A stretch of DNA of 64,000 nt from Phycisphaerae bacterium (GTDB lineage Bacteria; Planctomycetota; Phycisphaerae; UBA1845): contig CAXXGO010000001.1 of the NCBI GenBank assembly GCA_963666835.2, positions 1,536,001 to 1,600,000 on the forward strand. Direction: 5' to 3'. Each line of letters starts with the position of its first letter. The first letter of the stretch is position 1. A program made the translations under genes and the position numbers. The notes under the pieces are model-generated. The model was not told the DNA's origin, did no database searches, and was given only the letters and a program-made list of their open reading frames with translations. Below are positions 1-9,045 of this stretch, piece after piece.

Positions 1-55
1 ATTCGAGGTCCGGCTTTCGGCCGAAAAGCGGGCTTTTGGGTTTCTGCTGGGCCAT
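1..55 (-). CDS. Possible 5' end of a gene running off the left edge (MAQQKPKSPLFGRKPDLE...)
   Basis: ATG at 55 on the minus strand, open to the edge; TTGACC-N17-TCTACT promoter-like element at ~116-88. Too short to identify. Confidence 0.3.
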   Translation of the reverse strand, partial: MAQQKPKSPLFGRKPDLE

Positions 56-301
56 GACGCGTCTCGTTCCACCCTGCGAATAACCCAAGTAGACAAAGAT
101 CGCCCTGCAAGGTCAAGAGAGAATCCACTTCCGTGAGCGGCTGTGCGGCTGCAATTGTACAAAGCCCTCCCCTGTCGATTCGCGCGTGGGGAGTTGGGAG
201 TGTGTGTTCCTCTACCCTGCCAAAGCAGGCGGTTGGTGGCGCGTATGCCCACGGAGGACGCAATGTGGGGCAGCCATTCTAACTGCCTGCTACCGCCCGT
301 C

Positions 302-1948
302 CTACAGCCGTTTCGGGCCGGCGGCTAGGACTTCATCCGGGCAGCCGGCGGCGAAGAGTTTGAAGTTCTCGATGTAGCGAGCCGCGAGGGCGTCGTATTT
401 CTTCCAGTAGTCGTCTTTGCTTCCCCAGGTGTTCTCGGGGACGAGGACGCCTTCCGGGACGCCGGGGCACGATACCGGTACGTCGAAGTCGAAGAGCTTA
501 TCCTTGCGGTACTCGACGTTCTGAAGAGTTCCGTCCAAAGCGGCGTTCAGCAACGCCCGCGTATGGTGGATGCTGATCCGCTTGCCGATGCCGAACTTGC
601 CCCCGGTCCAGCCGGTGTTTACCAGCCAGCACTGGGCGCCGTGCTTGGCCATCTTGTCCTTGAGCATGTTGGCGTACTTGAACGGATGATGCACCATGAA
701 CGGTGCCCCGAAGCAGGCACTAAACGTGATTTCCGGCTCGATTCCCAAGCCGACCTCGGTACCGGCCACCTTCGAGGTATACCCGCTAATAAAATGGTAC
801 ATCGACTGTTCGGGGTTCAAGCGGGCGATCGGCGGGAGCACTCCCTGGGCGTCGCATGTCAGGAAGATGACATTTTTCGGGTGCGATCGGACCGCTCCTC
901 CCGGTACGACATTCGGGATGAACTCCGCCGGGTACGACGCCCGCGTGTTCTCCGTCAGCATGTCATCGTCCAGGTCGATCCGCCGCGAAGTCGGATCGTA
1001 GACGACGTTCTCCAGAATCGTACCGAAGCTCCGCGTACACTTGTAGATCTGCGGTTCGTGTTCGGCGGAAAGCCGAATCACCTTGGCGTAGCAACCTCCC
1101 TCGAAGTTGAACACGCCCTCATCGCTCCAGCCGTGCTCGTCGTCGCCGATGAGCGCCCGGTTGGGATCGGCCGAAAGCGTCGTCTTGCCCGTGCCGCTGA
1201 GGCCGAAGAACAACGCGGCGTCGCCGCCTTTGCCCACGTTCGCCGAGCAGTGCATGGCCAGCACGCCCTTGCGCGGGAGCAAGAAGTTCATGATCGTGAA
1301 GATCGTCTTTTTGATCTCGCCCCCGTAGCTGGACCCGGCAACGATCGCCAGACGCTCGGCGAAGCTGATCAGCATGGCCGTGCCGGATCGCGTGCTGTCA
1401 ACGCGCGGGTCGGCCTTGAAGCTCGGCGAGGCGATCATCGTGAATTCCGGAACGTGTCTCTTCAGTTCGTCCTGGTTGTTGATGTTGATGAACATGTTGC
1501 GGGCGAACATGCTCTGCCATGCGAGGTCCGTGATGATGCGAATCGGCATCCGGTAGTCCGGATCGGCCCCGACGTAGCAGTCCTGAACGAACAACTCTTC
1601 GCCCTGCAGGTAGGCCTGCAGCCGCCCGCGCAGGGTATTGAACTTATCTTCGGTTATCGGGCGGTTGTACTCGCCCCAGGAGATCTCCTTTTCCGTTGTA
1701 TGCTCGCGCACGATGAATTTGTCCGCGGCGGCCCGCGCGGTGTGTTTTCCGGTATGGACCACGAACGGCCCGCCGTGTACGACGTGCCCTTCACCGCGGA
1801 AGACCGCCTCTTCGTACAGCGCGGACGTGGGGAGGTTCCAGAACACGCGGTCCAGGTGCGTCAGGCCGTGGTTTTCCAGCTTGAAATCGCTGGCCAGTTC
1901 ACCCGCATGCTTGACTGCCGGCGTATCGAATTCGAGGTACTTCGGCAT
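302..1948 (-). CDS. pckA: Phosphoenolpyruvate carboxykinase (ATP)
   Basis: FFGLSGTGKTTLS P-loop, LIGDDEHGW, FNFEGGCYAK, ENTRASYP. Start moved to ATG 1948 (MPKYLEF), which follows an AAGGA RBS. Confidence 0.97.
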   Translation of the reverse strand: MPKYLEFDTPAVKHAGELASDFKLENHGLTHLDRVFWNLPTSALYEEAVFRGEGHVVHGGPFVVHTGKHTARAAADKFIVREHTTEKEISWGEYNRPITEDKFNTLRGRLQAYLQGEELFVQDCYVGADPDYRMPIRIITDLAWQSMFARNMFININNQDELKRHVPEFTMIASPSFKADPRVDSTRSGTAMLISFAERLAIVAGSSYGGEIKKTIFTIMNFLLPRKGVLAMHCSANVGKGGDAALFFGLSGTGKTTLSADPNRALIGDDEHGWSDEGVFNFEGGCYAKVIRLSAEHEPQIYKCTRSFGTILENVVYDPTSRRIDLDDDMLTENTRASYPAEFIPNVVPGGAVRSHPKNVIFLTCDAQGVLPPIARLNPEQSMYHFISGYTSKVAGTEVGLGIEPEITFSACFGAPFMVHHPFKYANMLKDKMAKHGAQCWLVNTGWTGGKFGIGKRISIHHTRALLNAALDGTLQNVEYRKDKLFDFDVPVSCPGVPEGVLVPENTWGSKDDYWKKYDALAARYIENFKLFAAGCPDEVLAAGPKRL

Positions 1949-2069
1949 GGTCGATTCCTTGTGGCTTCTGAGCTGCCCGGCGGCAGCGATCAACTCTCGG
2001 CAACGACGCAGGCCACCACGTCGAATGCCCCGTCGGCCGCTCAGCTTCCGCGGGCGGCCGACAATGCCT

Positions 2070-3287
2070 CTACATCCAGTCCCTGACGAGTTTTCGCTCG
2101 CCAATATACAGTTCGTTGGGCGAATTCGGATCGAGAGCCCATTTCATCCGTTCGACGCCGACGGTGATGTCCTTGATGGCACCGCACGTGGACAACCGCA
2201 GATAGCCTTCCATCCCGAAATCCACGCCTGGAACGGTCGCTACGAGGACTTTCTCCAGAAGGAACTCCGCCAGTTTCTGGGAGTTCTTCTCGTAGACACT
2301 GAAGTCCACGAAGCAGTAGAACGAGCCGTCGGGCGGAGTGGCCCGCAGCCCGTCGAATGCGTTCAGTTGCTCCATCATTACGTTACGGTTGTTCTCAAGG
2401 GTGACGCGCAGATTGTCTACGCCCGACTGCACCCCGTTTATCGCGGCAACTGCAGCCCGCTGCAGCACGACGGACGGCCCGGAGGTCTGGTGCCCCTGAA
2501 TTGTGGTCATCCGCTCGATGAGTTTCTTGTTCGCCACCGCCCAGCCGATCCGGAACCCGGTCATGGCGTACTGCTTGGACACGCCGTTGATGACCACCAA
2601 CTTGGAGTTCTCACCTTGTTCTTTAGCGAAGTCGTAGCAGTTGATCGGCCGGCGACCGTCGAAGATGAGCCGGTGGTAGATGTCGTCCATAATCAGATAG
2701 ATCCCGCGTTTCTCGCAGAACTGGACGATATCGGCGATGAATTCCTTGGAGTACACCGCCCCGGAGGGGTTGTTCGGGCTATTGATGATGACGGCTTTGG
2801 TGTAGGACGTCACACGTTCTTCGAGGTCGGCAAGCCGGGGGTAGAACGACCCGTCCTCGGAGGCCACCGGGACCGGGACCGCCCCGCACAGCTTGACCAT
2901 CTCCGGGTAGCTGACCCAATATGGGGCGGGGAAGATGACCTCTTCTTGCGGGTTGAGGATGGCCTGGAGACAGACCATTAGCGCCTGCTTCGCCCCGCCG
3001 GAAGCCAGGACGTTCTCCGGCTCGACCTTGCGGTTGTAGAAATCGTCCGTGTAGCGAATAACCGCTTGCTTGAGGGCGGGGATCCCATCGGCGGGCGTGT
3101 ATCGAACTTCGCCCGAGTTGAGCAACCCGGCGGCGGCGATGAGCGCATCAACCGGCGCCATGCTCTTCGGCTCTCCACCGCCGAGGTGAATGACCTTCTC
3201 ACCCTTGTCCCGAAGGATGCCCACTTTCTCGTTGATCTTGAGGGTTGCCGACTCCCGGAGTCCCTTGGCAATCAAGCTTATGCTCAT
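2070..3287 (-). CDS. PLP-dependent class I/II aminotransferase (aspartate aminotransferase-like)
   Basis: INSPNNPSG, DDIYH, SKQYAMTGFRIGW (PLP lysine), PYWVSY. Start at MSISLIAK (3287). Confidence 0.93.
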   Translation of the reverse strand: MSISLIAKGLRESATLKINEKVGILRDKGEKVIHLGGGEPKSMAPVDALIAAAGLLNSGEVRYTPADGIPALKQAVIRYTDDFYNRKVEPENVLASGGAKQALMVCLQAILNPQEEVIFPAPYWVSYPEMVKLCGAVPVPVASEDGSFYPRLADLEERVTSYTKAVIINSPNNPSGAVYSKEFIADIVQFCEKRGIYLIMDDIYHRLIFDGRRPINCYDFAKEQGENSKLVVINGVSKQYAMTGFRIGWAVANKKLIERMTTIQGHQTSGPSVVLQRAAVAAINGVQSGVDNLRVTLENNRNVMMEQLNAFDGLRATPPDGSFYCFVDFSVYEKNSQKLAEFLLEKVLVATVPGVDFGMEGYLRLSTCGAIKDITVGVERMKWALDPNSPNELYIGERKLVRDWM

Positions 3288-3393
3288 CGCTTTTCCCTTG
3301 ACATTCGCGTCCCCGTCGGCCTTCGCCGGAGTGCCCGACCCCGACGGATTCTGCCGCCGACCGAAGACGGCACCCACTTAAGAGAAACGGCAA

Positions 3394-3422
3394 CATATAG
3401 GGATGTATGCCCGGCATGTCAA
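3394..3422 (-). promoter_or_regulatory. Sigma70-type promoter for the aminotransferase-pckA pair
   Basis: Minus strand TTGACA-N17-TATATG about 110 nt upstream of the start codon. Confidence 0.6.
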
Positions 3423-3915
3423 GGTCTGACCACAGTCGGAAAACGCAGTTGCGGCGGGCGGCTATCCCGCTCTAATCCCCGCCGCATCCGGCCGGCGAGG
3501 GGGAAGGAGCCCGCTGAAAACGGGGCGGTCTCGGGCCGATTCCTCTTCGCCGCACCAGGGGGCTTAAGCGCGGGGGCTGGTCTCGTCTTTAGCTCGGACT
3601 ATTCGTAAAGCTCGCGCAAGTGCGCCCAACTTACTGTAGCCTCACCCCTGTGGGTGACGCCACTGGAACACAGCGCGCTTCCGCGCCGGGGACAAGCCCC
3701 GACGCTACAGTGGTTCACGGCCTCTTTTACGTTCGGGTGATCCAGGTTAGAGGAATGACCTGCCACCGCGTCACGCATTTCAAGCGATTGTCGCGGTGTC
3801 TGCCGTCCCTCGACAATACGTCAATGATGACATATTTATGTCACTGAAGGGGCGTCTCGCGCAAAGATACCATCGTGCGCCCCCGGCTCCCACGCGACAT
3901 GAGTTTCCCACTTCC

Positions 3916-6615
3916 TTACGGGCAAGACCCCGGGTCCGAGAACGGGTATGGCTCGCCTCTGAAGGCGTCAACCAGAAGTTGGATGTCCGTGAAGTTGATC
4001 ACGAGATCGACCTCCTCCCCGGCCACGTCCGCCCACGTCCAGGGCGGGGCACCCTCGAGACCGGAGAACGCTTGGAGCGCCGCCTGAATGTCGTTCAGGT
4101 TGACGATCCCGTCCGGGCCGGTCCAGTAGACGTAGACCTTCTCGCCGACGATGTCGCCCCACTCTTTCGGTAGCGGTGCGGAAAGCGTAGCCACCTCGAC
4201 GGGAGACGAGAAGATCGTGCCGTTGCCGGTTGCGCGAATCTCGTAGTGTGCCGCCGGTACGATCTCGCAGTCGCCGAGATAAACCTCCGATTCGGTCCAG
4301 ATTCGATACGTCGGAGTGTCGACAATCCGGGAGACGAATTCACCCGAGCACTCTCCCGGGCAGCCGCGCTCCACCGGTTCACCGAGCCAGCCGACGATGC
4401 CGGGCGTCCCGGGTCCTTCGGTCATTTCAACCTGAAAAGCAACGTTGACGTCCTGGGTCCCGGTACCGATGGCTACGTAGCGGTTGGTGCCGGTGAACTC
4501 AGTCAGCTCCGGGGCGCTTACCTCGCATTCATCCGGTAAGCCGTTGCCGTTCACGTCAAGCGAGGTTCCGCCGGCAATGTCGTCGGCGTCCAGAATGCCG
4601 TTCCCGTTGCAGTCGCCAACGCGCAACAACGCGATCTGGGTTCCCCATTTGTTCACGCTGTGCCCGTATTCCTGGATGGTCCAGAAGTCGCTTTCGTTAT
4701 CGGGGTCCAGCGAGGTGTAGCTGTAGTCTCCCCAGCGGTTGCGTCCGTAGCTGTCGATGTTGTTCTGCGGACCGGTTCCGGCGCGATATTGCACCGGAGC
4801 GGCCATTTCGCCGAGCGAGTCACTTGCCCGGCGTCCGGTGAAATAAGCGCCGGCATATTGCGACGAGCTGGATCCGGTGAAGCCCATGGCCACGTCGCCG
4901 TGGGTGTTGACCATGATGGAGGGGAAGAAGTAGTGCAAAGAGCCGCTGCTGACCGTTCCGCTTTGAATCAGGGTTACTGAGACGGGGTCGATCTCGTACC
5001 AGCGACACGCGGCCCGCCCGCCGTAGTTGATGGTATGGCAGGTCCAGAGTGAACCGTCGCGATACACCGCGTTCATCAATCGGTCGCCGACGGTGTCCAG
5101 GTTTGTGCTGCTACCCAACGCCGGGGCGTCCGGGGGAGAACCAAACGATGGGACACTGACGTTTCCCACGTCCGTAATCGTCGCGGGATTCGTCGAGGCG
5201 TCTATTCTCCGGATGCGCAGCGAGGTCGAAGACCGGGTGGACACCACGTACTCTCCGGCGGGAGTGCCGAAGGTCTGGGCCGGTTGCAGTGCCCCGTCGT
5301 GCGGGAGGTTTCTAAAAGCCGTAACCGTGCCAAGGTACGGCGATGCACCGATCAGGGGATCCTTGTCGATCGCGAAGAGCGTCATTAGGTAGCTGCCCCC
5401 GACCATGTAGGCCCCGACGTAGATTCCGTGGGCGTCGACCCCGAGGGTGGGGTAGTCCGGCCACTTGCCCGTTTCGGCAATGAACGAGCTTTTGTACCAG
5501 CTTCCCGTGGGGTCGTCCGTTAACGAGACTGCTATGTAGATCCGCTCGGTGAAGTCCGAGACGATTACGATCCACCGGCCACTGTGCTGGTCGAATAAAA
5601 CTCGCGGATCGCCGTTAGAGCCCGGAAGGAACGAACCCAAGTACATGCTGGTAATCAACGCGCCAGTGGTCTTGTTGTAAACGGCGAACACGCGGTTGAT
5701 TGTCTCGACGAAGTGGTTCGGGCCGATCGCCCCATGCGTGTCGGGCGGATAACTGGAAGAGCCGCTGTCCCCGCGCTTTACCCCTTCGAAATCCCTTACG
5801 AGGGTGGGTGCGGTGCCTCCGTCCTGCAACGCCATCGCCACCCCACCGGTAGTTGCCTGGGGTCTCTCCGGTTCAGTGCCCGGCGGTAACTTAGGGGCGT
5901 GAATCGCCTGCTCCGGGCCAAAGTCGCCGGTCCCCGTCTCCCAGACCAAACCGTAGTACCGACTCCCGGTGAGCGACGTGCTATAGGTCACGTCCTCGAA
6001 GTCGAGCACGGTGGGCCCTTGCTCCGCTTCAGCGATCCGAGTGAAGGTCAAGTCGTCCAGGGCGTACCAGCCGGCGCCGTCTACGACCGGTTCGGCCTCG
6101 ATCACGATCCGGTTCACACCGCAGAGGTCCATTTCAAACCAAGCGGGCTCCTCTCCTATATTCCTGAACCACTCGGTTTGCTGGGTAGCCTCCCCGTTAA
6201 GGTAACCGGTTACGCGAACGCCTGTCGTCCACGATCCCCGTCCTCCTTGGCCGGCGAAGTACGCTCCGTGGACGTCGACGAGTTCCGGGAACCGAATTCC
6301 CATTTCGGTATCGCCCCATTTGTTCATGGCGTGATGTTCGCCAGATTTCGGCGAGGTGGTCGCCCGGCGGCCTGGAACGATCCAGCTTCCGGCGACGCCG
6401 TTGCGGGTGTGGCGGTCGAGCAGCCATTGTGCGGGGGCGGACGCCTCGCGGGCCAGGGCGTCGTCCAGGGTCTCCGTGACGCCGGTTCCGTACGTCGACT
6501 GGTCCACACGTTCGCCCGAGATTCTCTCCCCAGAGGCGACGGCGAGCGGAGTGGTCGTGCAGATCGCACCCGTAAGAACACCGATAAACGTCAGTATTGC
6601 CTTCTGTTGTTGCAT
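3916..6615 (-). CDS. Large secreted/surface protein with PPD...RWGDYS domain, Ca-binding DxNxNG repeats and dockerin-like C-terminus
   Basis: Signal peptide from MQQQKAIL; motifs YPPDTHGAIGPNHFVETIN, DYPTLG, RWGDYS; DCNGNGILD...DVNGNGLPDECE; C-terminal PDGIVNLNDIQ...DLVINFTDIQLLVDAF. Confidence 0.75.
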   Translation of the reverse strand: MQQQKAILTFIGVLTGAICTTTPLAVASGERISGERVDQSTYGTGVTETLDDALAREASAPAQWLLDRHTRNGVAGSWIVPGRRATTSPKSGEHHAMNKWGDTEMGIRFPELVDVHGAYFAGQGGRGSWTTGVRVTGYLNGEATQQTEWFRNIGEEPAWFEMDLCGVNRIVIEAEPVVDGAGWYALDDLTFTRIAEAEQGPTVLDFEDVTYSTSLTGSRYYGLVWETGTGDFGPEQAIHAPKLPPGTEPERPQATTGGVAMALQDGGTAPTLVRDFEGVKRGDSGSSSYPPDTHGAIGPNHFVETINRVFAVYNKTTGALITSMYLGSFLPGSNGDPRVLFDQHSGRWIVIVSDFTERIYIAVSLTDDPTGSWYKSSFIAETGKWPDYPTLGVDAHGIYVGAYMVGGSYLMTLFAIDKDPLIGASPYLGTVTAFRNLPHDGALQPAQTFGTPAGEYVVSTRSSTSLRIRRIDASTNPATITDVGNVSVPSFGSPPDAPALGSSTNLDTVGDRLMNAVYRDGSLWTCHTINYGGRAACRWYEIDPVSVTLIQSGTVSSGSLHYFFPSIMVNTHGDVAMGFTGSSSSQYAGAYFTGRRASDSLGEMAAPVQYRAGTGPQNNIDSYGRNRWGDYSYTSLDPDNESDFWTIQEYGHSVNKWGTQIALLRVGDCNGNGILDADDIAGGTSLDVNGNGLPDECEVSAPELTEFTGTNRYVAIGTGTQDVNVAFQVEMTEGPGTPGIVGWLGEPVERGCPGECSGEFVSRIVDTPTYRIWTESEVYLGDCEIVPAAHYEIRATGNGTIFSSPVEVATLSAPLPKEWGDIVGEKVYVYWTGPDGIVNLNDIQAALQAFSGLEGAPPWTWADVAGEEVDLVINFTDIQLLVDAFRGEPYPFSDPGSCP

Positions 6616-7090
6616 GACATCCCCTGCTGCGTTTTTGCCTTTTTGAACCGGTCGTCCCTCGCTCCGTTGAGGATTTCGGCCAGACAGACCCATCTAACAA
6701 CATACATGATCGGTTATGGGATTGCCACGGAATTATCCGGCGTGGAAGGTCGCCTTCGCGGGTTTTCCTTAGCGGATCTCGACTGAATTGTAATTGTTAG
6801 TGGTATCTTCGGTATCGCCGGTTTTCTGCGGATGAAGTGTCCATTCTGTTGTGTAACTGTGTCGCGAGGCATGATCGGGCGTTACTTGGTCCTCGGGTTT
6901 GCCAGGCAGCAGGTTATCGGGTAGAATTGGTATTGTGCATCGGGCCAAGTCGGATGGGGTATCAAAGAGGCGCGGAGTACGAAGAGACGGGAGAATCACC
7001 CGGCACGATGTCGGGCGGCTCTTTTATGGGTTGGTCACAGACCAACGGGGCTTAAGTGGCATATCCTGAACGGATTAAAAGGAGTGAATC

Positions 7091-7672
7091 ATGCGTAAGG
7101 TGATGGTTTTGTTAGTGGCAGGGATGGTGGTTGCCTGCGCGGCGCCGAGCTTGGCGTTGGCGGATGGGGCAAAAACGGCGCCGGTACCGGCAACGGATGC
7201 GACGATGAGCCTGAAGCCGTCGCAAGCGACCGTGAGTCCGGGCGACGTTGTAACAGTGGAGGTTCTGGTCAACAACATCAAGGGGCTGGCTTGCTATCAG
7301 GCGGCGGTCAAGGCCGTTGGCGGCGAGAAGGGTAAGCTGAGCGTGGAGGACATTATAATCGACACGGCTCGGGCGGACTACGTTTTCGGTAAGGCCCAGA
7401 AGCTTCCTGCCACGGACAAGGTGGGATTGCGTGCGGGTTGCACGTTGTGGGAGGGGTCAGTCGACGTATCGAAACCAGCCTACTTGGCGACGTTTAAGCT
7501 CCGTGCGTCTGAGGACGCCAAGGGGGTGTTCGAGATCGCCCTCAAGGCTGATCCGGAAGTCACGTTCCTGACGGATCGGGATGTCAAGAAGATTGCATTC
7601 AACAAGGTCGCGGCGAAGGTAACTGTTGAGCAGAAGTCGCCGCTTCGCAGCACGGAACGGAAAGCCGGATAG
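7091..7672 (+). CDS. Secreted cohesin-like domain protein
   Basis: AAGGAG RBS, signal peptide, beta-sandwich pattern SLKPSQATVSPGDVVTVEVLV...YLATFKLRASEDAKGVFEIAL resembling cohesins. Confidence 0.6.
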   Translation: MRKVMVLLVAGMVVACAAPSLALADGAKTAPVPATDATMSLKPSQATVSPGDVVTVEVLVNNIKGLACYQAAVKAVGGEKGKLSVEDIIIDTARADYVFGKAQKLPATDKVGLRAGCTLWEGSVDVSKPAYLATFKLRASEDAKGVFEIALKADPEVTFLTDRDVKKIAFNKVAAKVTVEQKSPLRSTERKAG

Positions 7673-7753
7673 GCCGGGCACTGGTTTCTGCTGATTCCTG
7701 ACAGCGCGTCCGTCAGTTCGCAGACGCGCCGGGAACGCAAAACGGCATTCTAT

Positions 7754-7792
7754 GGCGAGCCGCACCGGTCTACGGGCGGCTCGCCCTTTTTT
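7754..7792 (+). terminator. Rho-independent terminator
   Basis: GGCGAGCCGC...GCGGCTCGCC stem followed by a T run, between convergent genes. Confidence 0.65.
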
Positions 7793-7849
7793 GGGGCGAC
7801 ACGCGCGCAACATAGTCTTTGGGAGTTTCCCTGCAAGCGCGGACTCGTC

Positions 7850-8827
7850 TTATCCAACCTCGCGTTTCTGAAAAGCCGCGATAGCGATACACACAAGGCC
7901 GATCGTCAGAAGGGCCGCGTAGCCGGTGACCAGCCCCACGTACTTCAAGGGCACGACGGTTTCTACCGTGCCGGCCATCAGGCCATCGACGATCCAGAAT
8001 GGTCCCATATTTGGGATAACCCCATAGGCGATGTCGGCCACGAGGGATGTCTCGGCGTGCTGCCCGAAGGCGTAGTCGGAAATTATTCCGATGCCCAGCA
8101 CGCCGGTGCACGTCACGAGGGTCATCAGTTGCCCGAACCGGGTGGAGGCGGCCAGGGCGACGGTTGCGGTTATCAGAGTCATCAGCCAGACCAGGTACAC
8201 CGCGATGAAGACCTGCCCTCCGACGAAGTTGCTTGCAAAGGGAATGACATCCCAGTGCTCGTCGAACTTGGCGACGATTAGCACGGCGAGGGTAAGCAGC
8301 GGTATCAGGAATGCTATCACCGTCGTCGGGAAGTCCTTGTCATAGAAGTAGTTACAGAAAGCGGCGCAGGCCATGGACAAGACGACACTGCCGATTCCCA
8401 AGGCGAGGACCGGGGCATCCCACGGGTCCGAGGAGTTCTGGAGGACTCCGTGGCGCTGGGCGAGGATGAACACGAGGCTGCACAGGTAGAACGCGACGGA
8501 CAGGGCGGCGATCAGCCCGACGAACTTGCCCAGAATGAAGACCGGTCGGCTGATTGGCTTGGAGATCACCGTCAGTACGGTCTTGTTTTCGATTTCACGG
8601 CTCAACGTCCCGGCGGCACTGAAGGCCGACAAGAACAAACCACTCAACATCAGCGTAGAGAGACCCAGGTCCAAGAGGAGCTTGTCGTCGTCGTCGAGCG
8701 TGAAAGCCGCTAGAGAGACGTTCAGCACCAGAAGGACGGCCGTTGTCAGGAGGATCACGCCGTAGATCGGCTGGCGGAGGGTTTCCACGAACGTGTTTGA
8801 GGCTAACGAGAAGAAGCGCTGGAACAT
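7850..8827 (-). CDS. ABC-2 type transporter permease
   Basis: Multiple TM helices; REIENKTVLTVISKPISRPVFILGKFVG motif; start at MFQRFF. Confidence 0.85.
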   Translation of the reverse strand: MFQRFFSLASNTFVETLRQPIYGVILLTTAVLLVLNVSLAAFTLDDDDKLLLDLGLSTLMLSGLFLSAFSAAGTLSREIENKTVLTVISKPISRPVFILGKFVGLIAALSVAFYLCSLVFILAQRHGVLQNSSDPWDAPVLALGIGSVVLSMACAAFCNYFYDKDFPTTVIAFLIPLLTLAVLIVAKFDEHWDVIPFASNFVGGQVFIAVYLVWLMTLITATVALAASTRFGQLMTLVTCTGVLGIGIISDYAFGQHAETSLVADIAYGVIPNMGPFWIVDGLMAGTVETVVPLKYVGLVTGYAALLTIGLVCIAIAAFQKREVG

Positions 8828-9045
8828 GAGGTCGGGTTGCTCCGTCGAAGCTGTTTCGCTGACACCTTGGTCCGAGTTTGTTGCCGAGCACGCCCCTTGG
8901 GCTGCATGTTGGCACTCGTTGCCAGTTATAGTAAGCTGCCCGCGCGTTTCGACAAGCCGCACGTTGTGGCAGCCAAGTTCACCCTCATGGTACGCCCCGG
9001 TGGGTAGACCGGTTCGAGCCCCCGGGCAGTGAGCGGAATCAACGA

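Noticed and set aside
563..2981. Long antisense ORFs (507 aa and 447 aa here; similar ones at 16401-17846, 24049-25482, 46231-47541 and 53607-54998)
   Set aside because: Shadow frames opposite well-supported genes, expected in GC-rich DNA.
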